Source: Polyangiaceae bacterium
GTDB taxonomy: Bacteria > Myxococcota_A > Polyangia > Polyangiales > Polyangiaceae
Assembly: GCA_035063585.1 (NCBI GenBank)
Contig: JAPSGB010000003.1
Location: forward strand, 390,365 to 454,364
DNA: 64,000 nucleotides
Direction of reading: 5' to 3'
In this document: positions 1-8,911 of the stretch, piece after piece
How positions within the stretch are numbered: position 1 is the stretch's first letter
How the letters are laid out: each line of letters starts with the position of its first letter
Translations under genes and position numbers: made by a program
Notes under the pieces: generated by a model
Databases searched by the model: none
What the model was told of the DNA's origin: nothing
What the model saw: only the letters and a program-made list of their open reading frames with translations

Positions 1-23
1 TTCGAGGGTCGTGCTAGGTTTCG

Positions 24-1037
24 ATGTCCGCCCTTCCGACGATGACACGCTTGGCCCGCATGGTGAGAGGCTCGCTCCCGCTCGCGTGGGTTGCCTTGGC
101 GCTCGTGAGCGCGTGCGGCGACGCCGACGAGTCGGGGCTCGCCGGCAGCTCGACCTGCTTCGGGCCCCAGTGCGTGGCCGCCGACGCCGGTGATCGCGAC
201 AGCTACGTGGTCGACACCGGCTCGCCCGAAGGCGGGATGGGGATGGAAGGGGGGCTCGGGGCGCTGAGCCCGCTCTGCGGCACCGGGTGTCTCCCGGACG
301 ATCCCGCGGCGTGCGCCGAGTCGGCTCCCGAGGCCGGCCTCGCGATGGACGGTGGGGCCCATGACGCGGGCGGAGACGCCGCCGATGACGCGGCGGACGC
401 CGGCTCGGCGCCGGGTGATGACGGCGCGGAGCCCCGTCCCGCGCCGCCCGTCTACGGCTGCCGCGTGCAGAGCGTCAGCGGGTCGTTGGCGGGCGTGTGT
501 GAACCTGCGGGCGCCGGGCTCGCCGACGCGCCCTGCGCGACGAGCGCCGACTGCGCGCCCGGCTTCGGGTGCGTGGGCGCGGGCGCCGCGGGCCAGTGCC
601 GGGCGTTCTGCTGCGCGGGCGAGTGCGACACGGGCGCGGGGGAGTTCTGCGCCGAGCGCCCGCTCCGCGGCGCGCCCGACCCGAGCGCGGGCGCGCTGCG
701 CGTGCCCGTGTGCGTCCCGGCGGACCACTGCAACCTCGCCGAACCCTACCCGTGCGTGGCGGCGAGCGCCGAGGGCTGCACTTGCAGCGATCCGGCGACC
801 GCGTGCATGGTCGTGGGCACCGGCACCACCGCCTGCGTGCCGCCGGGCACCGGCAAGGTCGGAGAGCCGTGCCCATGCGCGTGGGGTGAGGTCTGCTCGC
901 GGGCCACCGGCACGTGCCTGCAGATCTGCTCCCTCACGCTCTCGGACTCCGGCTGCGGCGCCGGCAAGTGTCAGTCGTCGAAGGAGCTCCCGGGCGGCTT
1001 CGGGGTCTGCGTGGGCGGCGCCGGTGACGCCGGCTGA
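24..1037 (+). CDS. Cys-rich secreted lipoprotein (myxobacterial type)
   Basis: Hydrophobic stretch ending in lipobox-like LVSAC, then many Cys-rich modules (CxxxxDCxxGxxC). The start could be 42 or 60. Confidence 0.7.
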   Translation: MSALPTMTRLARMVRGSLPLAWVALALVSACGDADESGLAGSSTCFGPQCVAADAGDRDSYVVDTGSPEGGMGMEGGLGALSPLCGTGCLPDDPAACAESAPEAGLAMDGGAHDAGGDAADDAADAGSAPGDDGAEPRPAPPVYGCRVQSVSGSLAGVCEPAGAGLADAPCATSADCAPGFGCVGAGAAGQCRAFCCAGECDTGAGEFCAERPLRGAPDPSAGALRVPVCVPADHCNLAEPYPCVAASAEGCTCSDPATACMVVGTGTTACVPPGTGKVGEPCPCAWGEVCSRATGTCLQICSLTLSDSGCGAGKCQSSKELPGGFGVCVGGAGDAG

Positions 1038-1993
1038 GGGGTCTCGAGGGGGGTTGGCTCGGCGCGAGGCAGCGCGCGGGGCGCCGGCGCGTGGCGGCGC
1101 GGGGCGCGCTCGAGCTGCGTGTTGAGCTCGGCGCCGAGCAGCAGCGCCGCGCACCAGATCCAGAGCCACGCCATCGCGATCGCCACGGCCGCGAGGCTCC
1201 CGTAGAAGAGCGCGTAGCGCGCGAGCGTGCTCACATAGTAGCCGAACGCGTAGCTCGCGAGGCCGCCGAGCGCCACGCTCAGCGTAGCCCCCGGCCACAC
1301 GCGCCGCTCTACGCCGGGGAACACCACCGCGATGCGGAAGAACCCCGCCAGGAGCACGACCGCTGCGGCGACCATGACCAGCGCGGCGAGGTAGCTCGAG
1401 GCGCCGACCATGATCTCCGAGCGCCCGTGGGTGACGAGCTCGAAGATGCGAGCCGGCCCCCCCGACACCAGCAGCGCGACGTAGCTGGTCGCGCCGACGC
1501 CGGCGATCGACGCCACCACGCAGCCGAGCGCGAGCAACCGCTTCTTCCACCAGGGACGTCGGTGCGCCTCGAGCGAGATCTCGAACACCCGCATGAAGGT
1601 GTGGAACGCCGACGAGCTCAGCCAGAGCGAGCCCAGCACGGCCAACGGCGCCACCGCGCCGTGGAGCCGACCGAGGCTGCGGTTCATGATGGCGCGCACG
1701 GCGGCGGGGCTCTGATCGACCACCGCGGACACCGCACCGAGCGCCGAGGGGCTCTCGCGGACCAGAGTGGCCGACGCCCAACCCGCGAGCGCGACCATGG
1801 GGATGGTGGCGAGGAACAGATCGAACGCCATCGTGCTCGCCGCCTGCGCGAGGTGATGGCGTCGATAGCCCTGCACGAGCGAGTACAGCCCGCGCCGGAT
1901 CGGGCCGCGGTCGAAGTACGCCTCGACCTGCTGCTCGGCGCGCGCGCTCGCGGAGCGCGCGCGCGCCGGGAAGGTTCGGGCCTTGTCGAGCAT
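971..1993 (-). CDS. YihY/virulence factor BrkB family membrane protein
   Basis: AASTMAF..FLA..P, RPWWKKRL and YGSLAAVAI..W..W....LLLGAELN motifs; multiple TM helices. Confidence 0.85.
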   Translation of the reverse strand: MLDKARTFPARARSASARAEQQVEAYFDRGPIRRGLYSLVQGYRRHHLAQAASTMAFDLFLATIPMVALAGWASATLVRESPSALGAVSAVVDQSPAAVRAIMNRSLGRLHGAVAPLAVLGSLWLSSSAFHTFMRVFEISLEAHRRPWWKKRLLALGCVVASIAGVGATSYVALLVSGGPARIFELVTHGRSEIMVGASSYLAALVMVAAAVVLLAGFFRIAVVFPGVERRVWPGATLSVALGGLASYAFGYYVSTLARYALFYGSLAAVAIAMAWLWIWCAALLLGAELNTQLERAPRRHAPAPRALPRAEPTPLETPQPASPAPPTQTPKPPGSSFDD

Positions 1994-2019
1994 CCGGGGG
2001 ACGATGCTATACGGGTCGG

Positions 2020-2436
2020 GTGACGCTTCACCAGCAGACGATCGTGATTGGGACGACCGGACCGGGGCTCGTCGACATCACGCGGCGGGTTGCGGAGGTG
2101 GTCGGAGCCAGCCGGGTCGAGACTGGGCTCGCCACCGTGTTCGTCCAGCACACCTCGGCGAGCCTCGTGATCCAAGAGAACGCCGATCCGGCCGTGCTCC
2201 GCGATCTCGCCCGCTGGATGGCCGAGCTCGCCCCCGAGTCGCGGCGCTGGGAGCACGATGCGGAGGGGCCCGACGACATGCCGGCCCATGCCCGCGCCGC
2301 GGTCACCCGCTCGAGCGAGCACATCCCGGTGACCGGCGGGCGTCTGGCGCTCGGGGCGTGGCAGGGCATCTTTCTCTGGGAGCATCGCGGCCGCGCTCAT
2401 GAGCGGAGCGTGGTGGTGCACGTCGCGGGGGAGTGA
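2020..2436 (+). CDS. yjbQ: YjbQ/UPF0047 family protein
   Basis: HTSASLVIQENADP, EGPDDMPAH and LGAWQGIFLWEHR motifs. Confidence 0.9.
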   Translation: MTLHQQTIVIGTTGPGLVDITRRVAEVVGASRVETGLATVFVQHTSASLVIQENADPAVLRDLARWMAELAPESRRWEHDAEGPDDMPAHARAAVTRSSEHIPVTGGRLALGAWQGIFLWEHRGRAHERSVVVHVAGE

Positions 2437-2948
2437 TGGCGGAGCTCGTGCCCCCCTGCGCCTTCGACGAGGCCTTCCTCGCCGATCTGCCTTACGACCC
2501 CTCGGTGCTCCTCTTCGATCGTGTGCTCGAGCTCGACGCGAGCGCGAGTCGCGTCCGGTGCCGGATGCCGACCGACGTGCCGCTGCCCTTCACCGATCAG
2601 CAGCGCGCGCACCCCGTCCGCCACCCGCGCCACGTCGCGGGCGCGGTGATGGTTCACGCGACCGGGATGCTCGGCTTCGTGCACGCGTATTACCTGCTCG
2701 GGCTCCGTCATCACGAGGGTTGGGTCGGCTATGGCGCGTCGATGCACGACGTCTCGTTTCGCCAACTCGTGTCACCGGGCGCGCCCATCGAGGCGACCTG
2801 CGTCGCGACCAAGCTTCGGCTCGGACGCACCCGTCACGTGGTGCGCTACGCGTTCACCTTCGTTCACGAGGGCAAGGTCTGCTACGAGGGCGCTCAGAGC
2901 GCGTTCTGGCTCAAGGTAGACGCCGCCGCGCCGCCGCGCGAGCGCTAG
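2436..2948 (+). CDS. Hotdog-fold FabA/FabZ-like protein
   Basis: LPYDPSVLLFDRV resembles FabZ LPHRYPFLLVDRV; also SFRQLVSPG. ATG overlaps the yjbQ stop. Confidence 0.65.
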   Translation: MAELVPPCAFDEAFLADLPYDPSVLLFDRVLELDASASRVRCRMPTDVPLPFTDQQRAHPVRHPRHVAGAVMVHATGMLGFVHAYYLLGLRHHEGWVGYGASMHDVSFRQLVSPGAPIEATCVATKLRLGRTRHVVRYAFTFVHEGKVCYEGAQSAFWLKVDAAAPPRER

Positions 2949-2987
2949 CGCGCGAGCGCGCGTCGATCCAAGCTCTCAGCTACTGAA

Positions 2988-4001
2988 ATGCTCGAACGCT
3001 CCCCGCTCTCGCTCGGAACCGATCTTCGCCGCCGCGTCGGCGCCGCGGTGGTCGATGGCTTCTTTCGCGGCGTGAGCGCCGCCGGCCGGCTCCACCCGCG
3101 CGCGCGGCCCGAGCGGCACGACCTCGAGGTGCTTCGCGACGTGCCGTATCGCCCGAGCGGCCTCGCCGAACATCGACTCGACATCTATCGGCCGCGCGCC
3201 GGCCGCGGCGAGGGGCCGCTCCCGGTCGTGCTCTACGTGCACGGCGGCGGGTTTCGCATCCTGTCGAAGGACACCCACTGGATCATGGGGCTCGCGTTCG
3301 CGCGCCGCGGCTACCTGGTGTTCAACATCAGCTACCGCCTCGCGCCGCGCGCGCCGTTCCCGGCCGCCATCGAGGACTCCTGCGAGGCGCTCCAGTGGGT
3401 TGCCCGGAATGCCGCGCGCTACGGCGGAGATCCGTCGCGTCTGGTCTTGGCCGGCGAGAGCGCGGGCGCGAACCTCGTCACCTCGCTGGCGCTCGCGACG
3501 AGCTATCGCCGCCCCGAGCCGTGGGCCGCGCGCCTATTCGACGCCGAGATCCGGCCGAGCGCGGTGATCCCCGCGTGCGGGCTCCTCCAGGTCACCGAGC
3601 CCGAGCGCTTCCGTCGGCGCTGGCCGAAGCTGAGCCCGTTCATCTACGACCGCCTCTTCGAGGTGAGCCGCGCCTACCTGGGCGATGACCTCGTGCATCG
3701 CCCGGGCGCGCACGATCTCGCCGATCCGCTCGTGTTCTTCGAGCGCGGCGAGCGCCCGGAGCGCGCGCTGCCGCCGTTCTTCGCGCCCTGCGGGACCAGC
3801 GATCCGCTCATCGACGACACTCAGCGCTTGAAGCGCGCGCTAGATGGGCTCGGGGCGGAGTGCGTAGCAGAGTACTATCCTGGCGAGCCGCACGCCTTCC
3901 ACGCCTTCGTGTTCAAGGAGAACGCGCGCCGCTGCTGGGGGCACACCTACGCGTTCCTCGACGAGCACCTCGGCTCAGCAGCTCACGCCGAAGAAGAGTA
4001 G
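2988..4001 (+). CDS. Alpha/beta hydrolase, HSL-family esterase
   Basis: HGGGF oxyanion motif, GESAG nucleophile elbow, D (SDPL) and H (PHAF) triad residues. Confidence 0.9.
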   Translation: MLERSPLSLGTDLRRRVGAAVVDGFFRGVSAAGRLHPRARPERHDLEVLRDVPYRPSGLAEHRLDIYRPRAGRGEGPLPVVLYVHGGGFRILSKDTHWIMGLAFARRGYLVFNISYRLAPRAPFPAAIEDSCEALQWVARNAARYGGDPSRLVLAGESAGANLVTSLALATSYRRPEPWAARLFDAEIRPSAVIPACGLLQVTEPERFRRRWPKLSPFIYDRLFEVSRAYLGDDLVHRPGAHDLADPLVFFERGERPERALPPFFAPCGTSDPLIDDTQRLKRALDGLGAECVAEYYPGEPHAFHAFVFKENARRCWGHTYAFLDEHLGSAAHAEEE

Positions 4002-4736
4002 GTACTGGTACGGGAGCTCGTCGTAGCTCCCGCAGAGCGCGAGCCCCGCGTCCTTCATCTCTCGCTCGACCTGCGCCGGCGCGATCCGCATCGCCTCTGG
4101 CGGCCCCACGGGGAGCTCGCCGAGCTTGAAGTCGAGGATCGCCACTCGCCCGTTCGGTGTGAGGTGCTCGGCGAGCGCGCGGAAATACGCCGGGCGGTCC
4201 TCGATGTGGTGATAGGTGTCGACCACGAGCACGAGCTCGGCCTGGCCCGTGACGCGCGGGTCGTTCGGCGCGGCGAGTCGCGCCTCGACGTTCGTGAGCC
4301 TCTCGCGCGCGGCGCGCTGCTTCAGCCAGTCCACCATGTCCGGCTCGACGTCGATCGCCAGCACCTTGCCTTCGGGCACCGCGCGCGCGAGCCGAACCGT
4401 GAAGTAGCCGGTGCCCGCGCCGAGATCGATCACGGTCGCGCTCTGCGAGAGCCCGAGCGCTCGCACGACCGCGTCGGGGCGCTGCCAGGCGTCGCGCGCC
4501 GGATCGTCGAACACCTTCGCCCAGCGCTCGGCGTCCTGGAAGCGGTGGTGCCCGGAGCCCGCGTGCGCGAGCGGGGGTCCGCCGTGAGGTCCGCCGTGGG
4601 CGCCGCCGTGATGGGGGTCTGGGCGGACCGGCGCGGAGGCCGGCGCGCGCGCTGGCGCGGCCGAGCAGGCCGCGATGACGAGGCCGGCGAGCAGGGCGCT
4701 CGCGGCGCCCGGCGCGTTCTTCGAGAGCACTCTCAT
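3975..4736 (-). CDS. Class I SAM-dependent methyltransferase with lipoprotein-like N-terminus
   Basis: VIDLGAGTGYF motif I, LAIDVEP, DTYHHI; N-terminal IAAC followed by a His/Gly-rich stretch. Confidence 0.85.
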   Translation of the reverse strand: MRVLSKNAPGAASALLAGLVIAACSAAPARAPASAPVRPDPHHGGAHGGPHGGPPLAHAGSGHHRFQDAERWAKVFDDPARDAWQRPDAVVRALGLSQSATVIDLGAGTGYFTVRLARAVPEGKVLAIDVEPDMVDWLKQRAARERLTNVEARLAAPNDPRVTGQAELVLVVDTYHHIEDRPAYFRALAEHLTPNGRVAILDFKLGELPVGPPEAMRIAPAQVEREMKDAGLALCGSYDELPYQYLLFFGVSC

Positions 4737-4891
4737 GTCGTCCTCCAGTCGAGCGCGTCACTATAGGACATCGGAGGCGAGGGTCGGGTCATGGCCGTCG
4801 TATCGGGTGAGGCAAGCGATTCACACCGACGGGCGTTCACGGCGTTCCCGCGCCGGGCCGACAAGTCCCAGACTTCACGGCCGGGGGCCCT

Positions 4892-4907
4892 CGGCACGGC
4901 GGCTGCA
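4892..4907 (+). promoter_or_regulatory. Putative sigma54 -24/-12 promoter
   Basis: CGGCAC-GGCGG-CTGCA with exact GG-N10-GC spacing, about 12 nt before ATG 4919. Confidence 0.5.
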
Positions 4908-4918
4908 AGCGCGGTTGC

Positions 4919-6694
4919 ATGCGCCCGGTCACCGCTGGTTGGCTCCTCCTCCTGTTCGGCTTGGCCGGCGCTCCCGGGCGCGCGCGCGCGCTCGGGCTGG
5001 CGCTCTCGCCGGACGGCGCGGCGCGTGTCACGGAGCTCCGCGTCGCGCTCGCCGAGGGCGGCGCGCGCCGGACGCTCTGGAGCGAGCTCACGTTGGCGTG
5101 CGAGCGAGGCGAGGTCGCCGTGCTGCTACCGGTCGCGCCCGGCGCGCTCCTGGATCCCGCCGGCGACGAGTGGTTCGCGGCGCTCGATGCGGCGACCGCG
5201 CCGCGGATCGTCCCGCGCGGGGTCGCGCCCGCGGGTTGCGCGACGACGCCGCGGGTCGAGGTCACGCTCGCCGCCGAGCCCCGCGCGCGGCTCGAGCCGC
5301 GCGAGCTCGCCGAGTTCGACTCGGTGGACGAGGTCGAGCGCTGGGCCGTCGCGCGCGGCCTCGCCCTCGACGGCGCTGCGTCGGCGCGCCTCGCGCGAGC
5401 CGGCACGCGGTTCGTCGGGCTCGTGTACGACGCGCCGAGCGGCGGAGGCACGACCGCTCCCGTGCGAGTCGTGGAGCCGGCCCTCGGGGGCGGCGTGCCG
5501 CTCTCGCTCGCGGCGCGGCCCGGAGCGCCGGTACCGGTCACCGTGTTCACGCTCACGGGCGGCGCGCGAGCGCTCGCGCCCGGCATGACCCTCGACGCCT
5601 CGCGGCTCGGGCCGACCTGGCGGTGGCGGAGCGGCTCGAGCGACTACGCCGATCGCTCCGCGGTCGCGCTCGAGGAGGCCGTGAGCGCGCTCTGGCTCGA
5701 GGAGGCGCGCTCGCCGGCGCTGCTCTTCGACCTCACGCTGCTCCCCGGCGCGGCCGGGGCGACGCCACCGGTGGTTGGCGGCTACCTCCAGCGCGCCGCG
5801 GCCTCGCGCGCGACCGACTGCGCGGCGGCCGCCGACGCGGCGCGGCGGCTCGACTGGCGGGTCGCCGAGGCTTGTCCGGCGGGCGTCCTGGCACGGGTTC
5901 GCGACGACGCGGGGGCCGAGCCCCCCTGCGTCGAAGCAGTGGCGCCCGGTGAGACGGATCCTGCGACGCTCCGCTGCGATGGCGCGGACGATCTCGCGCT
6001 CGGGCTCGCCGGCTCGCGCCCCAACGAGGTGGTCGTGCTCCGCGCGCGAGGGCTCGTCACGGCGAGCGATCCGATGGCCACGCTCGAGCCGACCGACACG
6101 CCGAACCATGCGCCGATCATCGTCGCCGCGCGCACCGACGCCGCCGGGTGTGAGCCGGCGAGCGGCACCGGCGGCGCCTCGGGGCAGGATCCGGGCGGCG
6201 GCGTGACGGGCGCGGGGCAAGGGGGAGGAGCGTCCGCGCCACGGGGCGAGCGCGCCGGCGGCTCCGACCAGACCGTCCAAGTGGCGCTCGACGCCGGCTG
6301 CGACTGGGGTTCGTCGTCGTCGAGCGATGGGTCGGCCTGCTCGGGCGACAGCTCGTCGTCTTCGAGCGACGGTGCGACCTGCTCGGGGGACAGCTCGTCG
6401 TCTTCGAGCGACGGGTCGGACTGCTCGGGGGACAGCTCGTCGTCCTCGAGCGACGGGGCGACCTGCTCGGGCGACAGCTCGTCGTCTTCGAGCGATGGAG
6501 CGACCTGCTCGGGGGACTCCAGCTCGGGTAGCGAGGACGGCTGCAGCGGCGGCTCGGAGGGCTCGGAGGGAGACACCTGCTCGCTCAGCCGGAGGAGGGG
6601 GCGCCCGCGCGCCAGCGTGCTCCTGCTCGGGCTCGCGGCCGTGGCCTTTCCGCTGCGGAGAGCCTCGCGGCGTAGCAGGCCCCCGCGCACCTGA
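4919..6694 (+). CDS. Secreted surface protein (DUF2330-like N-terminus) with Ser/Cys repeats and MYXO-CTERM-like tail
   Basis: Signal peptide, AVLLPV motif, Gly-rich linker, C-terminal CS-x-hydrophobic helix-RR. Confidence 0.6.
   Translation: MRPVTAGWLLLLFGLAGAPGRARALGLALSPDGAARVTELRVALAEGGARRTLWSELTLACERGEVAVLLPVAPGALLDPAGDEWFAALDAATAPRIVPRGVAPAGCATTPRVEVTLAAEPRARLEPRELAEFDSVDEVERWAVARGLALDGAASARLARAGTRFVGLVYDAPSGGGTTAPVRVVEPALGGGVPLSLAARPGAPVPVTVFTLTGGARALAPGMTLDASRLGPTWRWRSGSSDYADRSAVALEEAVSALWLEEARSPALLFDLTLLPGAAGATPPVVGGYLQRAAASRATDCAAAADAARRLDWRVAEACPAGVLARVRDDAGAEPPCVEAVAPGETDPATLRCDGADDLALGLAGSRPNEVVVLRARGLVTASDPMATLEPTDTPNHAPIIVAARTDAAGCEPASGTGGASGQDPGGGVTGAGQGGGASAPRGERAGGSDQTVQVALDAGCDWGSSSSSDGSACSGDSSSSSSDGATCSGDSSSSSSDGSDCSGDSSSSSSDGATCSGDSSSSSSDGATCSGDSSSGSEDGCSGGSEGSEGDTCSLSRRRGRPRASVLLLGLAAVAFPLRRASRRSRPPRT
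6311..6520 (+). repeat. Five in-frame 42-bp tandem repeats encoding SSSSSDG(S/A)(A/T/D)CSGDS
   Basis: Units start at 6311, 6353, 6395, 6437 and 6479; differences are mostly synonymous. Confidence 0.95.
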
Positions 6695-6742
6695 TGAATC
6701 CCGGCTGCTTCGCGCCGAGATGCGCGTTATGTTCCTCGGGCC

Positions 6743-7213
6743 ATGACGAGGCTGCTGGTGCCGACGGACTTCTCGGAGACCTCGCGTCTCGCGCTAGGCT
6801 ACGCGCTCTTCCTCGCAGAGCGGTGGGACGCGAGCATCGAGGTCCTGCACGTGTGGCAGCTCCCCGCTTACGTGAGCCCGGACTTGACCCTGTGGCGAGC
6901 CGGCGCGCGCGAGCGGCCGCTCCACGAGGTCGCTGCCGCCGAGTCCGGCGCGCGGATGGACGAGTTTCTGAGGCCGCTCGACGACGCGCAGCGCCGTCGA
7001 GTGACGGTTCACGTCCGCTCCGGTGAGCCGGTCGACGTCATCCTCGAGCAGGCCGCGTCGAGCGCCGCCGAGCTCATCGTCATGGGCACCCAAGGCCGCT
7101 CGGCCTTCTCCCAGCTCTTCATGGGCAGCGTCGCGGAGCGGGTCGTGCGGCGCGCGGCGTGCCCGGTGCTCACGGTCCGCGCGCACCCCGAGGACGACGC
7201 CCGGGAAGGGTGA
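6743..7213 (+). CDS. Universal stress protein
   Basis: LLVPTDFSETS, IVMGTQGRS and MGSVAERVVRRAACPVLTV motifs. Confidence 0.95.
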   Translation: MTRLLVPTDFSETSRLALGYALFLAERWDASIEVLHVWQLPAYVSPDLTLWRAGARERPLHEVAAAESGARMDEFLRPLDDAQRRRVTVHVRSGEPVDVILEQAASSAAELIVMGTQGRSAFSQLFMGSVAERVVRRAACPVLTVRAHPEDDAREG

Positions 7214-7241
7214 TGCGTTTCATCAAGAGAGGAGAGGCCTC

Positions 7242-7712
7242 ATGCCCCAGCTGAACCGAGTCCTGGTCCCCACGGATTTCTCCGATTGCTCGCGCGCGGC
7301 GCTCGACTACGCGGTGAAGTTCGCGCAGTCCTTCGGCGCGACCATCGATCTGCTCCACGTGTGGGTGATACCCCCCTACATCCCGCCGGAGGCGATGGTC
7401 GGCGTCCCCGGCAACGACACCCAGAGCCTGAGCGAGCTCGCGCGCGGGTCGGCGGAGCAAGAGATGCAGGACTTCGTCAAGGCGCTCCGCGAGCAAGGGA
7501 TCGCGATCGAGCGGACGCTGCTCGACTCGGGCGATCCCGGGCGGACCATCGTCGACGTGGCGACGCGCGACGGCCACGACATGATCATCCTCGGCACGCA
7601 CGGGCGCACCGGGCTCTCGCATCTCCTCATGGGGAGCGTCGCGGAGCGGGTCGTGCGCTACAGCACGGTGCCGGTCCTCACCGTGCGAACGCCGGCCAAG
7701 GCCGCGCGCTGA
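7242..7712 (+). CDS. Universal stress protein
   Basis: VLVPTDFS, ILGTHGRTG and MGSVAERVV motifs; SD GAGAGGAG before ATG 7242. Confidence 0.95.
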   Translation: MPQLNRVLVPTDFSDCSRAALDYAVKFAQSFGATIDLLHVWVIPPYIPPEAMVGVPGNDTQSLSELARGSAEQEMQDFVKALREQGIAIERTLLDSGDPGRTIVDVATRDGHDMIILGTHGRTGLSHLLMGSVAERVVRYSTVPVLTVRTPAKAAR

Positions 7713-7722
7713 GTGCGGGCGC

Positions 7723-8850
7723 ATGGACCGCGCGCCGGACCTTCGCGTCCTCGACGAGCTCCGCCCGTCGGCCGACGCGGGCGCGCGCCTCCGGCACTTC
7801 CACTCGCTAATCGCGCCGCAGCTGCCCGGCGTCGCCCGGGAGCTCGTGGGCGCGCTCACGCGGCTCGGCTCCGCGAGCGCCGGCGCTCCCTCGGATGACT
7901 CCGCGCTCCTCGTCTGGCTCGAGGCGGCGCTGCTCGGGCCTCACGACGCCGAGACCGTCACCGCCCGAGCTCGGGAGGGAGCAGCGAGCGTCGAGCGCGG
8001 GCTCGACGAAGTGGCGCTCGTCGCTACGGTGGGCCTCGCACGCTCGCGGCTCACCGAGCTCGCGCTCGACGAGCTCGCCGCGGACGCTGCGGGCCCGGGC
8101 CCCACGCTGCAGGCGCTCGGGCTGGCGCTCGATCAGGCGCTCGCCGCGATGCTCGGCGCGAGCCGAGCCCGCGCCCTCGAGCGCTCGAGGGTCGACGAGC
8201 GCATCGCCGCCGTCGGTCAGGTCGCCGCCAGCATCGGGCACGAGCTCCGCAACCCGCTCGGCGTCATCGACTCTTCGCTGTCGCTCATTCGCCGGCAGCT
8301 CACGCGCGCCGGCGCGCTGGACGGCGCCGTCGTCACGCTGCTCGACAAGATCGAGGTGGAGGTGGTCATCTCGGGCCGGATCATCACCAACCTGCTCGAC
8401 TTGGCGCGCAACCGCCCGCCTCGTCGCCAGCAGGTGGACGTGGCCGCGCTCGTGGAGCACGCGATCGAGCTCGCCGCGCTCGGGCCGGGCGTGCAGCTCC
8501 GGTGGGAGGTCGAGCCGGGCCTCTCGCTGTCCGGCGATCCGGACCAGATCTGCGGGGTCGTGACCAACCTGCTCGTGAACGCCGGAGATGCGATGGGGGG
8601 CGCGGGAGGCGTCTGCCTCCGCGCCTGCCGCGACGACGGCGGGCTCGCCATCACGGTCGAAGACGAGGGCCCGGGGATCCCGCCCGAGGACGCCGAGCGT
8701 ATCTTCGACGCGCTCTTCACGACCAAGTCGAAGGGTACCGGGCTCGGCCTCGCGCTCGGCCGGCGCGTCGCCGCCGCGCACGGCGGCCTGCTCGTGTTCG
8801 AGCGGCCCGCGCGGGGCGCGCGGTTTCGGCTCTGGCTCCCGGACGCCTAG
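7723..8850 (+). CDS. Sensor histidine kinase with degenerate globin-like N-terminal domain
   Basis: HELRNPL H-box, NLLVNA N-box, DEGPGI, FTTK and GTGLGL; helical N-terminus follows the protoglobin pattern. Confidence 0.85.
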   Translation: MDRAPDLRVLDELRPSADAGARLRHFHSLIAPQLPGVARELVGALTRLGSASAGAPSDDSALLVWLEAALLGPHDAETVTARAREGAASVERGLDEVALVATVGLARSRLTELALDELAADAAGPGPTLQALGLALDQALAAMLGASRARALERSRVDERIAAVGQVAASIGHELRNPLGVIDSSLSLIRRQLTRAGALDGAVVTLLDKIEVEVVISGRIITNLLDLARNRPPRRQQVDVAALVEHAIELAALGPGVQLRWEVEPGLSLSGDPDQICGVVTNLLVNAGDAMGGAGGVCLRACRDDGGLAITVEDEGPGIPPEDAERIFDALFTTKSKGTGLGLALGRRVAAAHGGLLVFERPARGARFRLWLPDA

Positions 8851-8911
8851 CCCGGCTGGCCCAGCCGCATCCGCGCTTGCTCCACCCTACTCGCTCGACC
8901 AGACTCCGGCC

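Noticed and set aside
4540..4620. His-rich HHGGAHGGPHGG segment as the HxsB substrate
   Set aside because: The pattern is His-Gly-Gly, it lies in a methyltransferase linker, and it is 28 kb from hxsB.
6311..6520. Regular repeats as a CRISPR array
   Set aside because: The units are contiguous with no unique spacers, are in frame within a CDS, and have no cas genes nearby.
8588..8911. Long N-terminal extensions in the ORF track (also 18499, 34472-36340, 38584, 46552)
   Set aside because: They overlap neighbouring genes and are low-complexity Arg/Ala/Pro; downstream starts fit domain boundaries and SD or -10 signals better.
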